Counted from the stretch's first letter, positions 10,644-20,305 are shown. The stretch is 46,607 nt of DNA from Phycisphaeraceae bacterium (GCA_040905565.1 JBBDRF010000028.1:1-46607), one strand, 5' to 3'. Translations and numbers: made by a program. Notes: generated by a model from the letters alone, not told the origin.

Positions 10644-10663
10644 AACTTTCCAGAAAGTTACTT
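10644..10663. promoter_or_regulatory. Palindrome AACTTTCCAGAAAGTT(ACTT), candidate LacI autoregulatory operator
   Basis: Perfect 7-bp arms in an AT-rich patch ~35 bp upstream of the LacI start. Confidence 0.5.
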
Positions 10664-10696
10664 CTCATTTGCTCCGCCACGCGATATGCTCCGGGC

Positions 10697-11779
10697 ATGT
10701 CGATTGAGAAAGTTGCCAAAATTGCCGGCGTCTCCCATGCCACCGTCTCCCGGGTGATCAATCGTCAGCCGGGTGTTTCTGCTGAGCGCGCGGAGATGGT
10801 GCGTGAGGTCATGAACCGACTCGCCTACACCCCCAAGCCTCGCAGCAAACGCACGGGCCCCGCCCCACGTACCACAGACGGTGCCCGACGCCCCCGTACG
10901 CTGGACATGTTCGCGTTGATCGCCCCGGAGCTGGACAGGGGCCTCTATCCGGCGCTCCAGCGGGGCTTCAGCGATGCATCGGCTGAGCGAGGCCTTCAGG
11001 TCATCGCGTCCCATACCGATAACGACGTCTACAAGCAGGCCGACCTGATCATCCAACTCATTGACAAAGGCATTGCGGGCGTCGCGTTGGTCCCCGCATC
11101 CCAAGGCATCTCGCCTGCTCATCACGTGCGTCATCTCCAGCAGCAGGGCATCCCCGTCGTCCTCCTTCACCGCCCGGTGGCGGGCGTCAATGCGCCGCTG
11201 ATTACGCTTCCCGCTGAGCAGATCGGTCGGAAGGCCGGTGAGCGCATCGTGAAGGCCGGACACAAGCGCGTGGCGTTCCTCTCCACGCAGCGGTCCGGAG
11301 TGGCTGAGCAGTACGAGCACGGTTTCCGGCAGGCACTCGAAGCCGCCGGCGTAACGTTGCCTGACGCCTGGGTCGATTACGCCCGAGTCGACGCCACGAC
11401 CGCCGCGGCGTACGAAGATTACCGGTCGCACGCCGCGCAGGTGCTCAAAGGATTTCTGAGCGGTCCCGAGGCACCCACCGCGGTCTTCAGCAGTGTCGAG
11501 TCCGCAGCCGAGATCCTCTATCTCGAAGCCCTGCGGATGGGCCTGAGCGTCCCAAGTGATCTTTCCATCGTGACCGTCGGCGGCACGCAGCGGACCAGCG
11601 CTATCAGCCAGTGCCTCACCGCCGTCGTGGTCGACGAAGCCCGCGCCGGCCACGACGCCGCTCGCCTGCTCGACGAGATGGTCAACGGCCAACGCCCTCA
11701 CGACGACATCGAATCATTTCCCGCAACGATCGCCTTCGACGAAGGCGAAACACTCGGTCCCCCCCCATCAAAGCAGTAG
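10697..11779 (+). CDS. LacI-family transcriptional regulator
   Basis: MSIEKVAKIAGVSHATVSRVIN HTH, hinge YTP, periplasmic-binding-protein-like sensor (VPSDLSIV). Confidence 0.95.
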   Translation: MSIEKVAKIAGVSHATVSRVINRQPGVSAERAEMVREVMNRLAYTPKPRSKRTGPAPRTTDGARRPRTLDMFALIAPELDRGLYPALQRGFSDASAERGLQVIASHTDNDVYKQADLIIQLIDKGIAGVALVPASQGISPAHHVRHLQQQGIPVVLLHRPVAGVNAPLITLPAEQIGRKAGERIVKAGHKRVAFLSTQRSGVAEQYEHGFRQALEAAGVTLPDAWVDYARVDATTAAAYEDYRSHAAQVLKGFLSGPEAPTAVFSSVESAAEILYLEALRMGLSVPSDLSIVTVGGTQRTSAISQCLTAVVVDEARAGHDAARLLDEMVNGQRPHDDIESFPATIAFDEGETLGPPPSKQ

Positions 11780-11845
11780 TAAGCGGGCAAGCCGTACCGC
11801 TCGCCGTGGACCTTTATCACACGACGTTTGGAAAGAGAGAACATC

Positions 11846-12616
11846 ATGTCTAGCAGTCGCCGCGGATTCACGTTAATCGAGTTGTTGGTCGTCGTCGGCA
11901 TCATCGCTCTGCTCATGGCCATGCTGCTGCCGGCGCTGAGCGCAGCCAGGCGCGCGTCCAACAAGGTCGTCTGCGGCTCAAACCTGCGGCAGGTCGGCCA
12001 GGCGGTCAGCCTCTACGCGCTCGACCATAATGATCTGTATCCCGGTTACGACGAAGACCAACCTTCGCCGAGCAACTCGGTGCACTGGGATAACCGCGTC
12101 GCGATCTGGGGAAGTAAGGATACCAGCTCCGGTATCAATGCCGACGTGCGTGTGCTCGATCCATACCTTTCAGAACTGATCCGCGAATGTCCGCTCGATG
12201 GGGGCTTTCGGCCCGGTCACGGATTGCCCGCCGTTTACTCCGGTCGACCGTTCCACGAAGTCTACGGCAACAGCTATCTTTTCCAGGCCTTCCTCTATGA
12301 CAACAACGGCGGAAGTACCATCTATGACGCCAACGTTGGCGGGAACGTTTCGGTCAGGCGGGTCCTTTACGGGAAAAAAACCAGCAGCACGCAGAATCCC
12401 TCGAAGCTCGTCGCCGCCGGCGATTACACGCTCATCTATGCCGAAGTCGGCACCGGCTATCTGGGCAATCACGGCAACTATGTTCAGATGCACGACGACG
12501 AGAGCTTTGAAGCCAATGCGCTGTTCGCCGATGGTCACGCAGCGCCCGTCGAGATCCAAGATAGCCCAAAGCATCTTTACGGCGTCGACTTCCAGCTCGC
12601 ACCCGGGATTTTCTAA
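11846..12616 (+). CDS. Prepilin-type N-terminal cleavage/methylation protein with H-X9-DG-type C-terminus (DUF1559-like)
   Basis: RRG|FTLIELLVVVGIIALL, C.SNLRQ, C-terminal H...NALFADGHA. Confidence 0.92.
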   Translation: MSSSRRGFTLIELLVVVGIIALLMAMLLPALSAARRASNKVVCGSNLRQVGQAVSLYALDHNDLYPGYDEDQPSPSNSVHWDNRVAIWGSKDTSSGINADVRVLDPYLSELIRECPLDGGFRPGHGLPAVYSGRPFHEVYGNSYLFQAFLYDNNGGSTIYDANVGGNVSVRRVLYGKKTSSTQNPSKLVAAGDYTLIYAEVGTGYLGNHGNYVQMHDDESFEANALFADGHAAPVEIQDSPKHLYGVDFQLAPGIF

Positions 12617-12633
12617 ACATGGCACCATCCCCC

Positions 12634-12666
12634 GTCGTGCCTCGCGAACCGCTCGCGTGGCACGAC
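12634..12666. repeat. GC-rich hairpin after the prepilin gene
   Basis: GTCGTGCC-TCGCGA-ACCGC-TCGCG-T-GGCACGAC inverted repeat, no U-tract. Confidence 0.45.
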
Positions 12667-12904
12667 ATCGCACGTGGCCGCGTTGTTGACGCGGAGCAGC
12701 CGCCTTGAACATCACCAGAATCCGCTCTTCAGCTGCCCGTTCGGGTAAGGAGGTTGCTTCGGCCGAAAGCACCGGCATCGCTCGCCGAGAGAAAAGGTAG
12801 ATAGGTTCACCAGTGACCTGCGGAGGAAAGGAGCGTCAGTCCCCTTGCCATCGCAAGATGTTCTTGCAGTGCATGACGGATACCCAGCTCCCAAAGGAAA
12901 CGTG

Positions 12905-13693
12905 ATGAAGATGAAATGTTTGACCCTGGCTACAACGGCATGCCTTGCTCTCGGCGCGTTCTCCGCGAACGCCACCGCCGCAGCGGTGATCTTCCAGGAC
13001 GACTACGAAAACGTAGCTCCCGGCGAAACCCCATCGCCCACGGTAGGTTCGTACATTCGTAATGATGCCACAGTAGTCGAGGCCGGTGGCGCTAATCCTG
13101 CCTCGCCAACAGGCGGAAGCAATATCTCCTACCTCTGGCGTCCCGCCGGCGATGGCATCACGACGCAGATCGGTGATGAGGATCCCATCCTCAACGGCAC
13201 CTATCGCATCGAAATGGACCTGTTGTTCGCCGACGTGCAGGGCAACGACTACCTGCAGTTCGGCCTCCTGAGCGACGACGGAACCTTCGGCGGCAACTGG
13301 ATGGTTCACGGCGCCATCTTCTCGCTTCGCGCTGATGGCACCATCTCCTGGTACAACCACAATCCCGACGTTCATGGTGGGACAGGCCACAAAAGTATCG
13401 TCGGCGTGTCCCACACCGCCGGTGAGTGGTCGCATGTTGCCATCGAATACGAACTCGGCAACGACGACATCTCCCTCACGGTCGGCAGCGACACGCTCAT
13501 AATGACACTGCCGTTCACCGGCGGTGTACCGCTGAATGAGCTCTCGGGCACCTTCATCACCGCCGGCGGTGGCGCGGGCACCGGTGGCTACTTCGACAAT
13601 GTCAACATCACATCGACAGCCATCCCCGAGCCCGCCAGCGCGGCACTGCTCGGACTCGGCGGGATGATGATGCTCAAACGCCGTCGACACTAA
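12905..13693 (+). CDS. PEP-CTERM sorting-domain protein (lectin/LamG-like beta-sandwich)
   Basis: AAGGA RBS, signal peptide, C-terminal IPEPASAALLGLGGMMMLKRRRH. Confidence 0.92.
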   Translation: MKMKCLTLATTACLALGAFSANATAAAVIFQDDYENVAPGETPSPTVGSYIRNDATVVEAGGANPASPTGGSNISYLWRPAGDGITTQIGDEDPILNGTYRIEMDLLFADVQGNDYLQFGLLSDDGTFGGNWMVHGAIFSLRADGTISWYNHNPDVHGGTGHKSIVGVSHTAGEWSHVAIEYELGNDDISLTVGSDTLIMTLPFTGGVPLNELSGTFITAGGGAGTGGYFDNVNITSTAIPEPASAALLGLGGMMMLKRRRH

Positions 13694-13705
13694 CTCTAGA
13701 ACAAC

Positions 13706-13739
13706 GTAGCCGCTCTGTTAACGCAGAGCGGCTACTTTT
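13706..13739 (+). terminator. Intrinsic terminator-like hairpin (GTAG-footed, REP-like)
   Basis: GTAGCCGCTCTG-TTAACG-CAGAGCGGCTAC perfect 12-bp stem followed by TTTT. Confidence 0.7.
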
Positions 13740-13800
13740 GATAGACCGCAGCGGTCGCGGTTGGCCCTGCAAACGTAGTCGAACTCCAGGAAGCTAATCC

Positions 13801-14907
13801 ATGAACAACGCACGAACGATTTCCATGCTTGCGCTCGCGATCGCGATCGCCACGCTCGGCTGCGCTTATGCCGAGCGTGCCGCCACGAATAACGGCGAAA
13901 CGACCAAGCCTATCCTCGGCGTCAAAGACGTTTGCGCCTGGCCTAACTTTGTATTGATGCCCGACGGCAGCATCCTCGCGACCATCTTTAATAATCCGTC
14001 CCATGCCACCTCGCCCGGCGACATCGAAACACACATCAGTCGCGACGGCGGCAAAACGTGGGAGTATCTCAGCACCCCCGGCCCCCGCGAACCGGATACC
14101 CTGCGGAACCACCAGGCCGCAGGGCTGGCGAACAACGGCGATCTCGTCACGTTGACGACCGGCTGGTCCAACGTCTATCCCGAAGGCGAGTCGGGCAACA
14201 ACTACCGCGCTGGTCTCGTGCACCCGTGGGTCAGCCGTTCCACCGACGGCGGCAAAACGTGGGAAATCAACCGCTCCGAAGGCGCCGTCGCCCCCGCGCC
14301 CAACGGCGACAACCGCATCGTCTTCGGCAACATCATGCCCGGCGCCGACGGCGACCTTCGCGTGGCCGTCTACACCACCATCTGGCCCGGCGGCACCGGA
14401 CAGGATCGCTCCTGGGTCTACCGCTCCACCGACGACGGCAAAACGTGGGGCGACCCCGTCCTCATCGACGACGAAATCGCCCTTAACGAAACCGCCATCC
14501 TTCACCTCGGCGACGGCCAATGGCTCTCCGCAGCGCGCCACGGCGCACGCGGCGGCGGCCTCCAACTGCACCGCTCAACAGACGACGCCAAAACCTGGAC
14601 CGACGAAGGACGCGTCAGTGGCCCCAACGCGCACCCCGGTCATCTGCTCCTGCTCAAGGACGGAGGCATCGTCCTCACCTACGGCAACCGCAACGTCAAT
14701 CCCCGACGCGTCGAAGCGAGAATCAGCGACGACGACGGCAAAACATGGAGCCAACCTATCCATGTTGTAGAGTGGACAGGCGACGGCGGCTATCCGACCA
14801 CGGTCGAACGCGAAGATGGCAAACTCGTCACCGCCTTCTACGCCTCCAGCACCGAAGCCTACAATGGCTATCAGATGTCGACCGTAATCTGGGAGTTGGA
14901 AGATTGA
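13801..14907 (+). CDS. BNR/Asp-box sialidase-fold protein (lipoprotein-like)
   Basis: Five Asp-boxes (SRDGGKTW, STDGGKTW, STDDGKTW, STDDAKTW, SDDDGKTW), NET and GYP motifs, signal with TLGC. Confidence 0.88.
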   Translation: MNNARTISMLALAIAIATLGCAYAERAATNNGETTKPILGVKDVCAWPNFVLMPDGSILATIFNNPSHATSPGDIETHISRDGGKTWEYLSTPGPREPDTLRNHQAAGLANNGDLVTLTTGWSNVYPEGESGNNYRAGLVHPWVSRSTDGGKTWEINRSEGAVAPAPNGDNRIVFGNIMPGADGDLRVAVYTTIWPGGTGQDRSWVYRSTDDGKTWGDPVLIDDEIALNETAILHLGDGQWLSAARHGARGGGLQLHRSTDDAKTWTDEGRVSGPNAHPGHLLLLKDGGIVLTYGNRNVNPRRVEARISDDDGKTWSQPIHVVEWTGDGGYPTTVEREDGKLVTAFYASSTEAYNGYQMSTVIWELED

Positions 14908-14997
14908 ACCAGCTATCGGCACTGAGGCACTAAGTCCGAGGCAACTCCGCGTGAGGCGATCGTGCGACGGAGACGAGGAAGCAAAGGAGTTCGTAAA

Positions 14998-16035
14998 GTG
15001 AAAATAAGTACTGAGACGCCGAGACGCGTACTAGTAATAGGAACCGGTTCCATCGGAGAGCGGCACGTCCGTTGTTTGCAACAGTTCAAACATCTAGAGA
15101 TCGGGATCTGTGAAGTGGCCACCGCCATACGTCGACGCGTGGCGACGGAGTACCAGATATCCGAAAGCTTTTCAGACTTAGAGGAGGCGCTGGCAAGCGG
15201 CTGGGATATCGCGGTAATCGCCACCCCCGCGCAGACGCATGTCCCGATCGCGACCCGATGCGTCGAGGCAGGAATCCATCTGCTGATTGAGAAACCGTTG
15301 GCTGTTGCCGAGGCAGGTGTCGCGCAGCTTGTTGAGCAAATCGAAGCACGCGAATTGCTCGCTGGGGTGGCCTACGTCTACCGGTCGCACCCGGCACTCG
15401 TCGCAATGCGTGAGGCTGTACGCTCGGGCCGATTCGGTCGACCGGTGCAGGTGGTCGCGTCCGGCGGGCAGCACTTTCCGCTTTACCGGCCGGAATATCG
15501 TGACGTTTATTATGCCGACCACGCACAGGGAGGCGGTGCGATTCAGGACGCCTTGACCCATGTGCTCAATGCAGCCGAGTGGCTGGTCGGCCCCATCGAT
15601 CGCATCCTCGCCGATGCCGAGCATAAGGTTCTAGATGGCGTTGATGTTGAAGATACGGTCCATGCCCTGACGCGACATGGCTCAGTGATGGGCTGTTTCA
15701 TGTTGAATCAACATCAATCGCCTAACGAACTTTCGCTACGGGTCATCTGTGAAGAGGGCACCTGCGATCTGCTGCTGGACCGTCACCTCTGGCGATGGAT
15801 GAAGGAACCCGACAGCGGCTGGAAGGAAGAAGCTACGGGCATCGTCGAACGTGACGATTGGTTCTCACTCCAACACGAAGCATTACTCAATGCGATGGAC
15901 GGAAACGCATCGCTGCCGTGCGATCTGCGCGAGGGACTACATTCGCTGAAAGTGAACCGAGCCGCCCTGGCCTCGGCGGCGGCGGGCGGCGTCTGGAAAA
16001 CCATCACGCAACCGGTCGAGGCGGCAGCGCAGTAG
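14998..16035 (+). CDS. Gfo/Idh/MocA-family oxidoreductase
   Basis: AAGGAG RBS before GTG; IGTGSIG, ATP...H, EKP, GGGA.QD...H motifs. Confidence 0.9.
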   Translation: MKISTETPRRVLVIGTGSIGERHVRCLQQFKHLEIGICEVATAIRRRVATEYQISESFSDLEEALASGWDIAVIATPAQTHVPIATRCVEAGIHLLIEKPLAVAEAGVAQLVEQIEARELLAGVAYVYRSHPALVAMREAVRSGRFGRPVQVVASGGQHFPLYRPEYRDVYYADHAQGGGAIQDALTHVLNAAEWLVGPIDRILADAEHKVLDGVDVEDTVHALTRHGSVMGCFMLNQHQSPNELSLRVICEEGTCDLLLDRHLWRWMKEPDSGWKEEATGIVERDDWFSLQHEALLNAMDGNASLPCDLREGLHSLKVNRAALASAAAGGVWKTITQPVEAAAQ

Positions 16036-16075
16036 CCTGGAAATCACCACCCTCCAAGATTAGAGCGCCCGTAAA

Positions 16076-17563
16076 ATGAGCCGCACTATTATGAAGCGTC
16101 TGCTGTCTCTCAGCCTCGTCATCGCAGCGATCACGGTCGGCGCATGTGCCAAGGCGGGGGCTCAGTCGCAGCCGGTCGAGGTCGCCGACCGCTGGCAGCT
16201 GTTCATAAGTGATCGGTTGGTCCAACAGGCGACTGGCGACGCACAGTTGCGGCTGCATCACCCGGTCGACCAAGGCAACGTCCTGACCCTCGATAAGCCT
16301 TGGGAGGGCGCCTTCAGCATCTATGGCACGGTCATCAAGGACGGCGATACATACCACATGTACTATCGCGGCATGCCCGGCCTGAGCGTCGACGATGAGC
16401 CCACCGAGGTCACCGCCTACGCCACCTCCGACGACGGCATCCACTGGGTAAAACCCGACCTCAGGCTCCACGAGATCAACGGCTCGCTGGAGAACAATGC
16501 CATCCTCGTCGGCACCAAACATACCCCCGCCACGCAGAACTTCTCGCCCTTTCTCGATACCCGTGAGGGCGTGCCGGCGGATGAACGGTTCAAGGCCGTC
16601 GCCGGCAACTCCGACAGCGGCGTCCTCGCGTTCGTCTCAGGAGACGGCATCCATTGGCGTCCGCTTCAGGAAGAACCGGTTTATTTGCAAGCTGGCAACG
16701 CACAGAAGGCCGCGTTCTGGTCCGAGGCCGAGCAGCGGTACGTCATGTTCTTCCGCATAGAAATAGAAGGCGTGCGATCGATCGCCAAGGCGACGTCCGA
16801 AGACTTCCTAAATTGGACTGACGCCACCCCGATGCGTTTCAGCGATACCGGCAGCACGCTGCCAAGTGAGGAACTCTATCTCAACCAGACTAGTCCTTAC
16901 TATCGTAACCCGCACCTTTACATCGCGACGACCGCTCGGCTAGTCGAGGACCGACAGGTACTGAGCGAACAAAAGGCCGAGCAGTTGGGGGCGTTGCCGG
17001 CCCTTATCACAAGCACCTCCGACCCCGTCCTGATGACGACCGAAGCGGGCAGCAATAGCTACGATCGCACCTTCCGCGAGAGCTTCATTCGCCCGGAGAT
17101 CGGCCTCGCGAACTGGGTGTCTCGGTCGAACTTTCCCGCACTTAACATTGTGCCGACGGGCGAACATGAGATGTCTATCTATGTCAGTCAGCACTACGGC
17201 CAGTCGACAAACTATGTTCGGCGGTACACGCTGCGTGTCGATGGGTTCGCTTCGGTTCACGCCGGGGCAGAAGGCGGCGAAGTGCTGACGCCTGCCGTGG
17301 TGTTCCAGGGCGATGAACTGCTGCTTAACTTCGCGACGTCCGCAGCGGGCAGCGTGAAAGTCGAACTGCAGGACGAGAGCGGCGCGCCGATCGAAGGCTT
17401 CACGCTCGCGGAATGCAAAGAGCAGATCGGCAACGAGGTTGAGCGCGTCGTCAGCTGGAACGGTGGGGCGGATGTGTCGGAACTCGCAGGCCGGCCCGTG
17501 CGATTGCGTCTGGTTATCAAGGACGCCGATGTCTATAGCTTTCGATTCCGCGCCGCCGAATAA
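16076..17563 (+). CDS. Secreted glycoside-hydrolase-like beta-propeller protein (planctomycete conserved hypothetical)
   Basis: Signal peptide; KPWEG, YHMYYRG, SDDGIHWVKP, SGDGIHW, SEDFLNWT, LRVDGFAS, C-terminal DADVYSFRF beta-sandwich. Confidence 0.8.
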   Translation: MSRTIMKRLLSLSLVIAAITVGACAKAGAQSQPVEVADRWQLFISDRLVQQATGDAQLRLHHPVDQGNVLTLDKPWEGAFSIYGTVIKDGDTYHMYYRGMPGLSVDDEPTEVTAYATSDDGIHWVKPDLRLHEINGSLENNAILVGTKHTPATQNFSPFLDTREGVPADERFKAVAGNSDSGVLAFVSGDGIHWRPLQEEPVYLQAGNAQKAAFWSEAEQRYVMFFRIEIEGVRSIAKATSEDFLNWTDATPMRFSDTGSTLPSEELYLNQTSPYYRNPHLYIATTARLVEDRQVLSEQKAEQLGALPALITSTSDPVLMTTEAGSNSYDRTFRESFIRPEIGLANWVSRSNFPALNIVPTGEHEMSIYVSQHYGQSTNYVRRYTLRVDGFASVHAGAEGGEVLTPAVVFQGDELLLNFATSAAGSVKVELQDESGAPIEGFTLAECKEQIGNEVERVVSWNGGADVSELAGRPVRLRLVIKDADVYSFRFRAAE

Positions 17564-17659
17564 TCAACTCTAGTTACCAAAAGAAGCGGACGCCGCGCCT
17601 CCCGGATTAGGAGAAGCCCGGCGCCCGCCTGGGGTCTTGATGATGTTGTTCGGCTGGGT

Positions 17660-18064
17660 TTACTCGAACAGAAGCACTTCACCGGTGGCCGTGGCCGCAT
17701 CGGGTCCGGCTTCGATGGGCTCGCCGCTGACGATGACCTGTCGGGGCGTCGTCGGGGAGTGATCTTCAAACGGGACCGTCTGCAGGTGCAACGGCGTGCC
17801 GCTCTCGGCGACGGCCATCTCGTAGACCATGTGCGCCTGGGCGAAGCGTGTTTCGTCGGAGACCACGAACAGCTGGTGGCCGAGTGAATCCGAAGCCCCG
17901 AGCCTCGGCCCGGAGAGGACCAGAGCCTCGTTCGCATCGGGGGGCGTGATGACCGGGTTCTTGTCGGTCAGTGCCGGGTTGCTGGAGCAGCCGACCGAGG
18001 CCGAGGCGGCAAAGGCCAAGGCGAAGATGCCCGCTGCCAGTCGTGTGTGAGTGTGGTTGAACAT
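17660..18064 (-). CDS. Small hypothetical lipoprotein
   Basis: GGGAGG RBS, hydrophobic signal ending in lipobox SVGC. Confidence 0.65.
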   Translation of the reverse strand: MFNHTHTRLAAGIFALAFAASASVGCSSNPALTDKNPVITPPDANEALVLSGPRLGASDSLGHQLFVVSDETRFAQAHMVYEMAVAESGTPLHLQTVPFEDHSPTTPRQVIVSGEPIEAGPDAATATGEVLLFE

Positions 18065-18568
18065 GACGAACCTCCCTGCGTTTCTTTGACGACGCTTCGT
18101 GCCGCGCTCAACCACCCACGTCTAGCGGCAGGCAGAGGCCGAAATCGTCGCGGCCCGTTCATGGGGCCATAGTGAAGCCGGATAAGGCGGCGGCTTCTTC
18201 CGCCCGGATCTTGCAACGCTCGACCCACCCGCTGCGGGCCGACCCGTCATGTTCAAATCACGATATAACCGGGTAGGACGCCAATGGTTGTGGGAAAAAC
18301 TTTACCCCCCTCGCTTGCCAGGGTCTTACCATCGCCCCAGCCGCTACAACCGTCATAATTTCGCGCGTCGCCAGGCCCTTTGCCGCCTACGAAGAGTGAA
18401 AGCACAACCGGATCGCGGCGAACGGTGCTTATTCGGACGTACACAGCCTTTAAGGCGCGCGGGAAACCTATATTTGTCAAACAATTTCTATTGGCACCTC
18501 GGCTGTCACGTGTTACTGTTTGAGCGTTCGTTTTACGTTGTTGCACCCTGAGTGATAGGAATCCGCTG

Positions 18569-20305
18569 ATGGCCAATGGAAGGTTTTTACTGGCGAAGCT
18601 TGGCGTCGTCGCCGCTGCGATGCTGACCGCGTCGCCCGCACTGGCGCTCGATGGCTCCCCAAGCTCGATCAATATCAACCAGATCGTCGGTGCTGAGCGG
18701 TTCTACTTTAGCGATGGCCAATACACCGGCACCCGCGCCATCCAGGCGAATATCGAAGGCGAGCACCTCTGGCTTGACCACGACGTGTTCGGCGGCCCTT
18801 CGCATGTCACAACCTTCCACACCGGCAGCGGTGCGATCGGCAGCTCCGGCTCCCACGCCACCACCACGGCCCACATGATGGGCGGCCGCAGCGATATCGG
18901 CACGTATGAAACCGCCACGTCCACCACGCAGCGGCGCTGGGGCATCGGCTTCGACGCGGAACTATGGTCCGGGGCCATGGGGGTCAGCACGCAGGGCGAC
19001 GGCAGCACCTTCGGCGTGACCGATCAGTCGTTCTACACCACCTACCATCCGATGCTGGTGGAGGGGATCGGTGGTCGCACGGTCGACGTCTTCAACAGCA
19101 GCTACGGCTTCGAGGACGAAGTCGCCGGCTCCACGCGTTCACGATCGCTTGACGGCATGATCAACGCCAGCGGCGTCGTCGGCGTCGCCGCCGCCGGTAA
19201 CGGCGGGTCCACCGGGATCAACAGCGTCGGAAGCCCCGCCGCTGCGTACAACACCATCGCCGTCGGAGCCCTCTCACGAGGCAGCGAACCTTACTACAAC
19301 TCAGTGGCCAGCTTCTCCAGCCGTTCACCTCAGGATTTCTACCACTTCGGGAACGACGAAACCATCCCGGCTGCCGAGTCCCAGCGAGCGGTGGTCGACA
19401 TCGTCGCGCCAGGGACCAGCCTTCGCGCCGCCATCCTGCAGGATAGCGACACGCCCGATACCTGGGCCTACAACAACAGCACTGCCGGCACGAGTGTGGC
19501 AGCTCCGATCGTGGCGGGCGGCGCTTCGCTCATCGTCGATGCCGGTAAGGATGTCTACGCCAATAACGACAACGCCATCGACGGCCGCGTCGTGAAGTCG
19601 GTCCTGCTCAATGGTGCAGACAAGATACCCGGCTGGAGCAACGGGCAGACCGTCACCAACGGCGTGACCACCACGACTCAGTCGCTGGATTATGTCAGCG
19701 GCGCCGGCCGCATGAACCTCGACAGCACCTTCGATCAGTACATGCTCACCGACCACGGCGGCGAAGCGGGCACGGCCGATCTGACCGGCCTCACCGGCGG
19801 CGACGTGGCCAGCACCGGCTGGGACTACGGGTTCGTCAACGATAGCGCCTCCACCGACTACTTCATCAACGAAGCGCTCGAAGGCGGGACCACCTTCACC
19901 GCCACGCTCTCCTGGTTCGTCGACCGTGCTGCGGGCTCGATGAGCGGTGGGCGGTTCGCCTCCCTCAGCGGTGCCGACGAACAGCACTTCGCAAACCTCG
20001 ACCTTGAAGTCTTCCGCTTCGATGCCGAAACGCAGACCGTCCTCGACACCATCGCCGAGTCGATCTCCCTGTACAACGCCACCGAACATCTGCACTTCGA
20101 CCTCGACGAGGACGGCCACTACGGCATCCGCGTCAACTACACCGACGCACTCTGGAACGTCACCGGCGAGACCGGCGAATTCTTCGGCCTCGCGTGGGAG
20201 GGCACGCAGTTGTCGACGATCGCCGTTGTCCCGCTGCCCGCCCCGGTCGCCATGGGGGCCGTGATGCTGATCACCGCCATGCTCCCACGCCGCCGCCGGA
20301 ACTGA
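18569..20305 (+). CDS. S8 subtilase-family peptidase with VPLPA-CTERM sorting signal
   Basis: Signal peptide; SHATTTA (His), AAAGN (oxyanion Asn), AGTSVAAP (Ser), GAGRMN; C-terminal VPLPAPVAMGAVMLITAMLPRRRRN. Confidence 0.9.
   Translation: MANGRFLLAKLGVVAAAMLTASPALALDGSPSSININQIVGAERFYFSDGQYTGTRAIQANIEGEHLWLDHDVFGGPSHVTTFHTGSGAIGSSGSHATTTAHMMGGRSDIGTYETATSTTQRRWGIGFDAELWSGAMGVSTQGDGSTFGVTDQSFYTTYHPMLVEGIGGRTVDVFNSSYGFEDEVAGSTRSRSLDGMINASGVVGVAAAGNGGSTGINSVGSPAAAYNTIAVGALSRGSEPYYNSVASFSSRSPQDFYHFGNDETIPAAESQRAVVDIVAPGTSLRAAILQDSDTPDTWAYNNSTAGTSVAAPIVAGGASLIVDAGKDVYANNDNAIDGRVVKSVLLNGADKIPGWSNGQTVTNGVTTTTQSLDYVSGAGRMNLDSTFDQYMLTDHGGEAGTADLTGLTGGDVASTGWDYGFVNDSASTDYFINEALEGGTTFTATLSWFVDRAAGSMSGGRFASLSGADEQHFANLDLEVFRFDAETQTVLDTIAESISLYNATEHLHFDLDEDGHYGIRVNYTDALWNVTGETGEFFGLAWEGTQLSTIAVVPLPAPVAMGAVMLITAMLPRRRRN

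Noticed and set aside
12658..12672. Sigma-54-like TGGCACG...CGCA before the PEP-CTERM gene (also TGGCAC near 18492)
   Set aside because: GG-to-GC spacing is 9 rather than 10 in the first; the second lacks the -12 GC
14030..14750. Recurring GACGGCAAAACGTGG sequences suggesting a CRISPR-like array
   Set aside because: They encode Asp-box repeats inside a CDS and are irregularly spaced
18065..18568. Small ORFs or ncRNA in the long divergent intergenic region
   Set aside because: AT-richer promoter-like DNA without coding bias or a recognisable RNA family
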